Source: Takakia lepidozioides (lineage: Eukaryota > Plantae > Bryophyta). Taken from it: a stretch of 64,000 nt of DNA. Position numbers and translations under genes: made by a program. This document shows positions 1 through 10,800 of the stretch, in pieces (the stretch's first letter is position 1; each line of letters begins with the position of its first letter). Where the stretch lies: NCBI GenBank assembly GCA_030704615.1, contig CM060734.1:41416001-41480000 (forward strand). The letters are read 5' to 3'. Below the pieces are notes generated by a model. It saw nothing but the letters and a program-made list of their open reading frames with translations, was not told the origin of the DNA and did no database searches.

Positions 1-1293
1 CCGGGGATGATCCAGGAGAGGTGGGGGTGCCTGCAAGTGCACTCATGGCAATCAGGCCATTGGCTTGTTGACAGATCAAAGCATGAGATGTTGTGAGGGA
101 CAAAACATACCTCTCCTGCTGTCTTCTATGGGGTGGAGCTGCAGTGCAGCTTCGAGCAATGGAGGACAAGTAAGCAATTCGAAGACTTGCCACGCATTGA
201 ATGTGTGGGCCCTGTCCATTAGAGGATGGTCCAGGAATTAAAAAGGGGGATATATAGTAATCTACACAAGGATTTGAATAAATAACCCCCGTGTAAGGGG
301 TCGATAAAAAAGACAGCAGGAAGGCGATAGCTATTAAATGAGGATGGTTCAGACCCCAAATTCGGGTAAGCAAAGTACAGGTGTCAAGTGGCGGTGGCCG
401 GGCAACTTTCTAGAAATGCTTACTCTATGAGGGGGTATATAGAGAAGAGGAGCGCTCTCCTCCCCTCCTTCTTAACACTAACTTATTAAGTTAGTACCTA
501 CTTTAGTGGGCTCTGCACAGGCAGGGCCCCAAAAAGAGATGCAAACATGAACCAAAGGTGGGGAGTCCTAAAAGATAGGAGTATCTCTCTGAGATCTAAA
601 AGAACATGAAGATGTAATACAACATTGCATGTTTCTAAAGCTACTGAGCTTCTGGTTTCATGGTGGCTTGGGGGTCATAAGCTTTCAGAAGAAGCATATG
701 TACGAATCCACCATAGTAAGAAGAATAAATATTATGAAGATTAGGTTGCTAACCTGCTTGCCAGATAGCTTTTAGTAAGAAAGATATTTTGTAAATTCCA
801 CAGGAAGGCCCAGGACAGAGTAGAACAAGATAAGCATCTATGGTTATTCCAATCGTTTATTGTGGACGGGTGGATAGTAAGACTAATCTCCTCGTTCTCT
901 GCAGCCTGTAGCTAGAGTTCATTGCCCGCAAAATCACACACACCTACTATCCAGCACATGAGAATGCAGACAAACAATGTTAACAACAACAGCACAGAAG
1001 TAAAACCTCTCAATCAATAAAACGTGAAGCGCAGAGGCAGCAGATGATCTACCTACAACTGCAGAATACATATACTACATGTGGCATTCCATAACACAAA
1101 ATGGCAGCTATGATAGTCGCTTGCGCTCAACCCTCCTAATTTTGAATCAACAGTGTTGTTGGCAAGAAAACATGGGAGTGATCATCTTGGGATCCAGCGA
1201 GTCTTCTTCAATCTATGCAGACAACCCCTAACTTAGCTCTCATTCTTTCGCCTGACCGTCCTCTCCCAAATGGCTGGTGTTTGGCACAATACA

Positions 1294-2036
1294 CCTTACA
1301 GGTCAGTAATATTCCTTCCCTGTTGGGGTCTCACTCTTATATCGACTATCACGGCAGCTGCAGCCAGTCCTGCCCCAACCCCCCACGCAACCCTTCTACC
1401 TATACCGGAAGTCTCGATCAACAGTTAGGAAGATGTGGAGAGAGAAAAATCACAATTCAATGTATCCATCTCACAGCATGTAGGCTGTTAAACAACCAGC
1501 AACCAATTAGACCTTGCACAGTTCTCCTCGCTCAGGGACTTGCTCAACTTTCTTCAAATTACACCAACATAGATCAGAAGGCGTGTTTAACTGCGAAGTC
1601 GCACTGTATTGATGAGTCTTAATGCACCCACCCAGCTGCTTGCTCCCACCAAACGAGAAGGCGATTTGCTCAACCCTACCTCGAAACCGGAACACACGGA
1701 GCCTGACGTGAAACCACCCAGTATACCGTTCCAAACATCTTTCTTCTCTCGGATCGAGGGCGCTGCTACTGCATCTAAATGTGAAGGCAAAGATACCCCC
1801 GAACGCGGCGTAGGTCTCACCATGATTCAGCATCATACTTCGTGTCCTGCCACGCCGCAGTTATGGCTCCAAGGACGTTGCCCATCACAAAGCTAGACAC
1901 CGTTGCACTCCCCGTCTTTGAAGGTGATGCAGGTATCACACTCTAGGTCTCGTATTTCGGCGGGGCCATACAAGTCGGGATCCGGGACCTTATCAGTTGA
2001 TATTCGATCCACAACACTAGATGGGGAGTGATCCAT
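1294..2036 (-). pseudogene. Tim17/PRAT-family pseudogene, complex I B14.7/NDUFA11 (OEP16-3)-like
   Basis: Hand translation across shifting frames gives MDHSP..YGPAEIRDLE, GSATVSSFVMGNVLGAITAAWQD, MMLNHGETYAAFGGIFAF, IREKKDVWNGILGGFTSGSV..FR|G, then an intron, then RRVAWGVGAGLAAAAVIVD..GKEYY. This parallels Arabidopsis At2g42210 (DPAEMRYLE, GTILATWKD, MMGTHGLTFAAIGG, RSKRDFYNGAIGGF, GREYY). It has several frameshifts and an internal deletion. Confidence 0.75.
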
Positions 2037-3676
2037 CGCCCTACAGATATTATAAATTCTTCACCATCCAGATTCTTCTCTGCTCTCTAATATGATCAGT
2101 ACTGAAATTGCTTCTAAAAGTAGTAATTCTCTTTTGGTTGTATGAACTCTACTTTGGGCCTCACTGTTGCTGGAGCTCTGGTCGTAGGAGGAGCAGCTAT
2201 AACAACTAGGATGTAGTTTCGAAAATTATAAGACCATGCATGCAACCTCGGCACCATTGTTCATTGCAACAGCAGGTATTTCCCAAAGCGGGACAGCACA
2301 GGGTAGATCTGTTCAAAGGCCTTGTAGATGTCCTTCCTCCTTCCTTGTAGATGTCCTATCCTTCGCACCTAGAAAACTGATTAAATTGACTTAGAAGATC
2401 ATGACCTTGAGCACCACTCCAAATCAAGTAAAGGAAAACCTGAGACTCAGATCTGATTCATGAGCAAATCACCAACTAAACTTGTTGAAGAATACGGCAT
2501 ATCAATTTCCTCGATGCCGAACGTTAACTTCGAAGGGAGATATCACATATCAATGTGTCCGTCTATACTAGTGAAAAACAAAGTCCCTCCAGAGCTACTA
2601 AAAAGTTTAGATCAAATGTACACATTATTGCAGACTATCCAGCTCTTCTTCTTTCTTCTTTCTTTTTAAAATAGAAAGGGGGGAAAGGCCCTGTAACTCA
2701 TATTAGAATGGTGTCCTGGGAAAAATAACCAAGCATACATGGTAAACGATCGGGTAACAAGGTTCCAGACAAGTTAGAAGCCTCCAAGGGTAAGCTCTAT
2801 CAGACCACGGCTCCCTGTGGGACAGCGAGCTACGAGCCTGACTGTTCCGAACAAATACACTGCGAGCACTTAGATCGGAGTCATCTGGAGCAACCCAGAA
2901 AACTGAAGGATGTACCAGAGATGAAGTCATGTCATAAGCAGCCTGCAGCTATAAGACCTGAGAACAGGTCTGAGTCCAACTAGCCAATCATCAGTCAGAA
3001 TGGAAAACAATTCTTACGGCCGCATGATCCCAATACACAGCCAGAATTGAAACCATCGTGACTGATGATCCATCGTCAAGAGAGGGGCAGATATCACGAA
3101 GTCTTCAGCGCTTCTTCCTGAGTGCCTCAAAATTCAGATGCAGCATGTCAAGAGTCTGCTAAGTGGTGAGGCCCTGAAGGGGTTGATCCAGAATATGAGA
3201 TAGCATCTGGTACGCATGTGTCGCATATGCCAAGAAGAAGATGAGATCACATGTCGTATCACCTTTGGCATTGCACCAGCGCTGTCCACACTTGCGATGT
3301 GAAAACTGTGTACAGCACACTGAAGCAAGTACCAAAGGTGATACTGCCTGTGAAAGGCTAGAGAACAAAGAAGAAGCGAAGCGCAGCGTAGGGGCAAAGA
3401 CGGGAAGATGAGAAGAGTCCAGCGAGAGAGAAGGGAGCGATCATGCTCATGGCATAGAAAACAATCGAGCGCCAAGTGTCCATAACATATGGATGGATAC
3501 CTCCCACCTTTTTGCTCTAAAAATACAAATTAGAGGTTCTACACTTTTTAAATCCCTAGTCCTGGATCTCTTCATGCACGCGAGCCTGCTCCATTTTACA
3601 ACCGTGTCAATTCGGCAATATTCTAGCAGTCTCTTGTTATTCCAAACTGGTCGACAGGTCGATCTTCGTTCCTGGC

Positions 3677-3792
3677 ACCTAACAGGATACCTGTTCTATT
3701 GATGTGTAAAAGAGAGAAGAAAGCTAAATCTAGAACCTAACATGATACCTGTTCTATTGATGTGTAAAAGAGAGAAGAAAGCTAAATCTAGA
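3677..3792 (+). repeat. 58-bp tandem duplication upstream of the kinase
   Basis: acctaaca(g/t)gatacctgttctattgatgtgtaaaagagagaagaaagctaaatctaga starts at 3677 and again at 3735. Confidence 0.9.
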
Positions 3793-3923
3793 TAACTTTA
3801 ATCCTAGGACAACTTTAATCCTTGCTCTTCTGCATATTTAAGAGCGCTCTCACATAAACTCTCTTGGTATGCTTGTTGTTGGGCGAGTATTTAGTTGGAT
3901 ATTCTCTAGAGTTGATTGGCACA

Positions 3924-4976
3924 ATGTCATATCAATCGATGGATCGATACTTGCCCATTCAGACTTTGGGTGAGGGCGCTTACGGTGTTGTTGTGAAGGC
4001 TATGGATGAGGAAACCAAGGAGATTTTTGCCATTAAGGTGTTGAAGGGTGTGAGGTTCAACTCATTGGCTGAGGCCATGAATTTGACAGAGGTGAAGTCT
4101 CTTCACAGGTTGCAACACCCTAACATTGTGAAGTTACATCGAGTCCATTTGCAAAGAGAGACAGGTTGTTTGTTTCTTGTGTTTGAGCATATGGAAAGCA
4201 ACCTCTGGCAGGTGATGAAAAAGAGAACGCAACTCTTTTCTGAAGCAGAAGTACGAAGGTGGTGTTTCCAACTCCTGCATGCACTGGCGTATATGCATCG
4301 CTCTGGGTATTTCCATAGAGATTTGAAACCGGCTAACTTGTTAGTCACCGAGGATATCATAAGGATTGCTGACTTTGGGATGGCAAAAGAAGTTGGATCA
4401 TTTGCACCCTGTACAGATTATGTTTGCACTCGTTGGTATCGTGCACCGGAGCTCTTATTGGGATGCTCGAGCTCGAGCTACGGTGCTGCCATGGACATGT
4501 GGGCAATGGGAGCAATCATGGCACAGTTGTTCACTCTGAGACCATTGTTTCCGGGTACAAGTGCATTAGATCAGATTACCAGGATTTGTCAAGTACTTGG
4601 CACCCCAAACAAGAAGACATGGTGTGACGGAATGGAGATTGCAGCTACTATGAACTTCCGTTTTCCTTCATATTCTTCACCGGATCTTTCTCTTCTCGTA
4701 CCATCTGCAAGCCCTGAAGCCATCAATCTCATTTCAGCTCTTTGTGCATGGGATCCCAGCAAGAGGCTAACTGCATCAGAGGCACTCATGCATCCATTTT
4801 TCCAACGGGGCTTCAATGTTTCACGTCCCCTGTGCTCGGTGAATCCTGATCCGGTTACACAAGCTGCAATTCCTCAACAACTAGGCAGTTGGCGGCCTCA
4901 AAAAGCAGGAGGCTATTGGAGGGAAAGTGAGATCAATCCACCCGAGCCTGGTTTCTTCTTGCAGGGTTGTTGTTGA
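3924..4976 (+). CDS. Intronless MAK/MHK (CDKF-4-like, RCK family) Ser/Thr kinase
   Basis: Single ORF with GEGAYG, FAIK, HPNIVKL, YFHRDLKPANLL, IADFGMAKE, activation loop TDYVCTRWYRAPE, DMWAMGAIMA, LCAWDPSKRLTASEALMHPFF. The start is ATG 3924 (MSYQSMDRY) or 3939. Confidence 0.92.
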   Translation: MSYQSMDRYLPIQTLGEGAYGVVVKAMDEETKEIFAIKVLKGVRFNSLAEAMNLTEVKSLHRLQHPNIVKLHRVHLQRETGCLFLVFEHMESNLWQVMKKRTQLFSEAEVRRWCFQLLHALAYMHRSGYFHRDLKPANLLVTEDIIRIADFGMAKEVGSFAPCTDYVCTRWYRAPELLLGCSSSSYGAAMDMWAMGAIMAQLFTLRPLFPGTSALDQITRICQVLGTPNKKTWCDGMEIAATMNFRFPSYSSPDLSLLVPSASPEAINLISALCAWDPSKRLTASEALMHPFFQRGFNVSRPLCSVNPDPVTQAAIPQQLGSWRPQKAGGYWRESEINPPEPGFFLQGCC

Positions 4977-6129
4977 TTAAGCAATTGCAGCACAACGTGA
5001 AGCGAGCCTAATCGTGAAGCTCCTCCGGATGATCATGGAGCGTTCAGCTAATAGATCAGCTTAGATTATGATTCTCAGCTGTGGCAAAGCTTGCCATGTG
5101 TCCCTACATACTGGAACAATGACAAGTATTATTTTACGTTATAAATTACTTTAGAAAGATAGCCATACGTAGCTAGGAAGTTATTAGTTATTACCTGCAC
5201 TATTTGCTTGTCTGAACTGAGCAATGCATGAGTTGCTCGCTTCAGAACAAGGATGCACCCAAGGGGTCGATTTTCATGACTTAACAATATCGGTCCCAAT
5301 GTCTTTGGACTGGATATGTTAAATGAAGCTTCGTGCTTTCTATGTATTGTTTGGAAAGTGATGTAATTTTGTTTGTCCTACAAAAACCAAAGGGGGAAGG
5401 CATCTTTGCATAGTGAGTGAAATGCTGAAGACCCAAGTCGGAGTCGATAGCCACCAATTGGCAATTGGGCGATCAACCAATTGGAAGATTGAATTCATTG
5501 GTTGGAAGAAGACATGCTTGACTTGAATTGCAAGCACAATTCTGTCCACCCCCCCTTTTTTTTTGGCTTTGTTTGACACCTCCCTGCCACCTCATTCGTC
5601 AATCCCTCTAATTCCTGGACCACAGTAAATCTTGGACCACTCTAGAAACAGGCCCGAATGAAACTGCTCTACATATTAAAAACAGATTATATAAACCACA
5701 AACATTCAATGTGGTCAGAGACACCCAATGGTCTAATGACATGACAATAAACATCATATTTCCATTGAGAAGATGTAATACACTCTAGTAGCCTCTTCTG
5801 GCAACAGGTCTACCCTTTCCGAATCACTATCTCATTTCTGGAGAACCCTCTCCACTACTATGGTCTCCAGAGTCGACTCTGGCCTGCTTTCGAAGAAATC
5901 TGACCCATTATTAGTTTTTGCAGTTAACTCGGAAGGGGTCACAATCTCTCCTCCTTCACCGTGTGCAGATATCTTGTCATCTCTCACGTGCCCAGTGTCA
6001 AGGGGGGTTTTTCGACTCTTTAGAGTTTCCCTTTCAGATTCAAATACAGCGAAGCTTCGGAGTTTGGCTCTCGTCCTCATTGTTTCGCCTCGTGTTCCTT
6101 TTTCCACGAGTCTCTTCAAGAATCACTCC

Positions 6130-7179
6130 CTATAGTCCTTCACTCAGAGAATCTGAACTCACATCTACGGTCTCGCTTGCCTTCCTCTCCTGAACTGGAA
6201 TCTCTCGCTCCTTCTCGTCATCAATCCAGTGATTCTGTTGCGCTGTCTCCCAAACCTGGGTGTAAGTTCCTTCCAAATCCTCCCATGAAAACAAAAGGGG
6301 AAGGGTGGAGCTCCCCCACGGCTTGAATCGAACAGATTTAACCTCCAATCCTTTGTCACATACCAGTCAAATGTGTAGTCCTCCCCTCCAAACTTATCAA
6401 TATTCTCCACAAAGAAGTCAGCTATGGCCTGCTCAAATTCTTCCTCTTTTCCAAGCAACGTTGCATAAATCCCAGTCACCTCTCTCTGGCAGATTCCAAC
6501 CAAAATATTACCTCATACAAATCCCCGAAACTCCATCTCTGGCCTCAAATCATACCACTTCCGAAGGGCTAAGATCAGTTGTGCTGATTGAATAGTGGCA
6601 CTCAAGAATTGGCCTGGATAAGATGCGTGTCCTTTTGACTTCAGGTGTAACTGAGAGCAAAATACTCATTTAATCAGTATGTTTGCTCCTTTGCCTTGTA
6701 ACCATTTACCCGGGTAGGAGGGTTGGGTAGGAGGGTTACCACGTCTCAACAATAAACTTTGCTGCCATAGCCGTGTGGCCTTGGACGCCCCCCTGACACC
6801 CCTCCACAACCCCCGCTCCATAGAAATGGTATTACTTCCTCAATGAAGTGAAGGTGTAATCTTAGTATCTAACGACCCTTAATACCTTGGTCTCACCGAC
6901 CACTGATCGTTCCTGCACTTGTGTTCACCAACTTCGAAAATGTCGAGGCTGAGCCTAAAGCCCTGGCCCTGTTGGCTAGCAAAAGGATTCACATTCATAT
7001 TTTTGAGAACTCTTGATTTCCAATTACAACTTAGGCCATGAGAAGACAAATGATGAATCCTGCAGAAGGAAGGAGACAAAGCTCTCGGGTAGCGGGCGTA
7101 TCACAGTTCGGATCGACTGCCTTGGAAACCAGGGGTACCATTCCTGAATCTGCCACTGCAGTTCATCTTCCTCCCTCAT
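6130..7179 (-). pseudogene. CDC123: CDC123 (D123 family) pseudogene
   Basis: The N-terminus reads MREEDELQWQIQEWYP..RPLPESFVSFLLQDS. The C-terminal half reads ALRKWYDLRPEMEFRGFV*GNILVGICQREVTGIY..YTFDWYVTKD, frameshift, PWGSSTLPLLFSW. The central PKLNWSSPKD block is missing and replaced by unrelated sequence (about 6600-7040). Confidence 0.85.
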
Positions 7180-7888
7180 CTCTCTCTCTCTCTCTCTCTC
7201 TCTCCCACACACACTAAAAACAGACCATTTCTTACATTTTGTAACTCACAACCCTGAGTCAACAACACTTGTAGCCTAATTTATTAGTGTGTTGGTATTT
7301 AATCTTCTCCTTCTGCCCTTCTTCTCTCTTCAGTTTGGACTGACTGACCTCCTACTAACGCAGCATGGCATTGCTGACAGTGAAGCTGGACGTGTGGGTG
7401 CATGGAAGAATTGTAAGGGCAGGGTTGCCTTGCATGCACTGAGGGGCACTGAGGTGATTAGCCTCCTTGTTGGCTACTGCCAATAGGCTTCTTATAATTC
7501 CGAGGACACTGCCCTCTTGTGATTCATGCATAACCCCCACTGCTTGGAAGGTGAAAAGTTTCCTCACGCCGAAATGCATACACCCCACACAGTAGGTTGA
7601 CACTTGAACCCTCCCAAATGTATTGCAAGTCTAAGGTCCTCCAATCGAAATCATCTAGGTCTAGCAAATGGTCACAAAGAATCAGCAGCAGTCCACAGTC
7701 GATGACGGGGAACCTTGGTTTAAATGCTGTATCATATTCTCTCTTCATCCAAATAAGGCCTGGGATTGGTAAAAGTGAAATCAACATTTCTGAAATATGC
7801 ATCACTATATTGTCAAAGTGATGGTGTTCAGGTTGGACTTGAATGCGCTCCAAGGGATTGGTTGGGCACTTCCCTTATTTTGTCTCTT

Positions 7889-10800
7889 TCAAGCTAGTGT
7901 AGATGGACTACTTGGGTAACTGATTGAGCCCCAAGTGGATTCCAACCGCAAAAGATGGAGGCGCTCAACAAAAGGCTGCAGCATTTCCTCCTCATTCATG
8001 GGTGCCAATGCCATGCATATGCTAAGCTCCTGCACTGCCTCTCCATACCGCCTGCCAAAACCATGAAATAGCAAAAATCATTACATACATGTACAAGGTC
8101 ACTATGCATTGTCATCCCTATCAACTGACCATTTACGAAAACAATTATGCCAAGGCTACAGACATCAACTGAGAAAGGCACTGAAAGCATCTCATACCTG
8201 CAATGGTATAGAAGCAAGCCATGATCTTTTCGCACAACCCAGTTATGGGGTTGTAATATTAGCAACCGTTCTGATGCCATTACTGCCAGCCTGTATCCAT
8301 TGAACAGGATACATTTAAAAACGGATGTCACTCTTAGACTTTAAAGAAAAAAATTCAGGCAGTAGGAACAATGCCCTATGTTCTGCACAGTCAAATACTG
8401 TAGATAGATATTGCCTATTCTACCTTTCTGCATGTATGTGTAGAAATGCATAACCATGTGCCAAGTTGCCCGTGTTACTTTGACAAGCTAAATAGTTCTA
8501 CTATCTACATTGGCCATAACAGTGGGCCCCATTGTTGCCATTGTGCATGAGATCCATAGGTACATTGGCAGATGCTCTCGATGTGGTATATGTTTACTCC
8601 AATGATAATCCAAGTATAACAAAAATTGTTGGAGTCTTTCTATGAACCCATGAGAAATGAAATCAACCAATCAACAATGTTGTAGGCACATTTAAAAGCA
8701 GCACGTGTGAGGATGTTATCCATCATTAAATGCGCAAAGGGGAAGCACGCGAAAAAAATGATTGTGGGAGAGTGCATGTATTTTATCTCATGGGAGGACG
8801 AATACCGGAGGTCTTCAGGACGCAGCAAGGCTTCAATGGGGAAGTTTGTCAATTTGCACGTGTTGTGTTCAGATGCCATTGGTTGCAGTGGTGCTGTTAA
8901 CGAAAGGCCTTGCTGCGCCCTTGATGCCTGCTTCCAATAAATCCTCTGCAACATCAAAGAGAAACTCTCTTAAGTTCCGCACACAACCTATCCTAGACAA
9001 CACACATCCTGATCGTGTGAATAATAGACATCTATTAATGAGAGAACTACTTTGGAGTCTTTCAGCCACAGGCAGTGGATTGCCTGGTATTCCAAACGAG
9101 GCTAGATTGCCAGTGATGAAACCAACAGAAAGCCTAGATTATTAATTTGGGAGCTCACCCCAACATCAACAGGCAAAAGCATGATGTTGAAGCTGAGATG
9201 TAACATTGAAGGACAAAATCACATATATGCAGTACTCACCTTCAATTGTTCAAGAACAATGCCAAGTATGTCCCTGTTGGATGTTGGCTCCAATGCTCTC
9301 GTCACACTGGAAGCAACAATTGAACCAGCTGACATACAATCTCCAATGCTTCTTTGCACATTTGATGATGTTTGAGAAATGCATGGTTCCTTTCCAAACA
9401 TCTGGAGCTTGCCACCTTTGCCTGGCTCCGAAATGATCTGGAAAAACCAAGGCATAGACCCATAGATGTTAATGACAATTCTGAAACTTTCACTTTCAAT
9501 CATCTACCAATTAAAACAGGAGACAAAAACCTTGAAGGGAGAAGGGCACATTGTCTATTTAAGTAGGAGCATGAATGCCATGAATCAAAAGGTACTTGAT
9601 TACTTTTACGAATTTTCTTTCAGTATCTCCCTTGAAATAAATCAGCCAGAGACAACAGCTACAGTGTGCACCCAGACCTGTGCACAGCCATCGAGAGTGA
9701 GCGATACAAGGAAATCTCCCCTGACAGCTGCTCCCTCCATTGTTAGGCCCAACCTCTTGCAGACTTCCATATAAACTATGCTCAACATCACCCCTGCAAT
9801 GGCAAATCCAACACATATTAGCACAAAAACCCATTCCTCTCCATTTCGAGATGCTAACACCCATAGACAGCACCGCATGCACACAAGCTGCAAACACCAA
9901 GGACTCTGACAAGGATGACCAGTCTCTTCTCCCTCTTATCTTCAATAGAAGACCACGGGACCGGGACAAAACAGACATACTCTCATTAAACCCAACTTGT
10001 GATAGCCTGGGGCTGCAGACCAAGCACCTGGTCGAGATGGAGCAAGAGGAATGAGATGAGAAAAGACTGGCGCCAACACCATTATTTCCAGAAATGCTCC
10101 AGAAATGCAGTGCAGACAGTCAGTCCAAATGTGCAACCAGGAATTCACCGTTACAACTCAGAAACATTTAATAAGTTGTGCAAGGAGGAGTCCACATGAA
10201 AGAAATGAAATGGTACTTTATAACGTCCGCGGAAAGCTCAAAGAGCTTATGGGACAAAATGGAAAAAAACAAGAGAGAGGAGACAAAACCAGAGCCAAAA
10301 AGCAGCCAAAAAGCAACTAGTGCTCAAGGGATTGCCTAAGGGTCAAGGCCAGCTGCCAAGCATTTCTGACCCTCATAATTGAAGACTTCAGTGGGAGATT
10401 GAGTTCCACGGAATAGACAGTGAAAGAAACCCTAGAAATCCACGGGAAGGTAAAAAAAACAAAAACAAAAACAAATTATGAATCCACAGGAGGGCCCAAG
10501 GGATACAAGTAGAACCAAAGAGCAAGAGAATCTACTCATAGGACACTCTTTGCTTTAGCCTTGAAGAACAAGAGGAGAGGGAGGGAGAGGAATCACCAGT
10601 GCCACATCCAAAGGTTAAGACATGGTGGAAATAAAAGCCCGAGGGATCACTTGGCAGGTAAGACCAGGTGAACCCCTGCATTTTGAACAGTACAGTTTCG
10701 ACTGCCTTCAGTACCTGAAGAGGGCCTCTTCTAGCTTCATTAGAGGTCAGTAGTGCCTCTACATCTTTGGCCAGAGCATCCAGCATCTCCATCCATCCCG

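Noticed and set aside
240-500. PPT plus solo LTR
   Set aside because: A purine tract and TATA-like motif are present, but no TG..CA ends or TSD could be fixed.
6510-6530. Stop codon in CDC123 rescued by U-to-C RNA editing
   Set aside because: Such editing is organellar, and the gene also has a frameshift and a large deletion.
10196-10255. snRNA or other RNA gene
   Set aside because: It matches no spliceosomal RNA motif I recognise, and the microsatellite tail with variable 5' bodies indicates a retroposon end.
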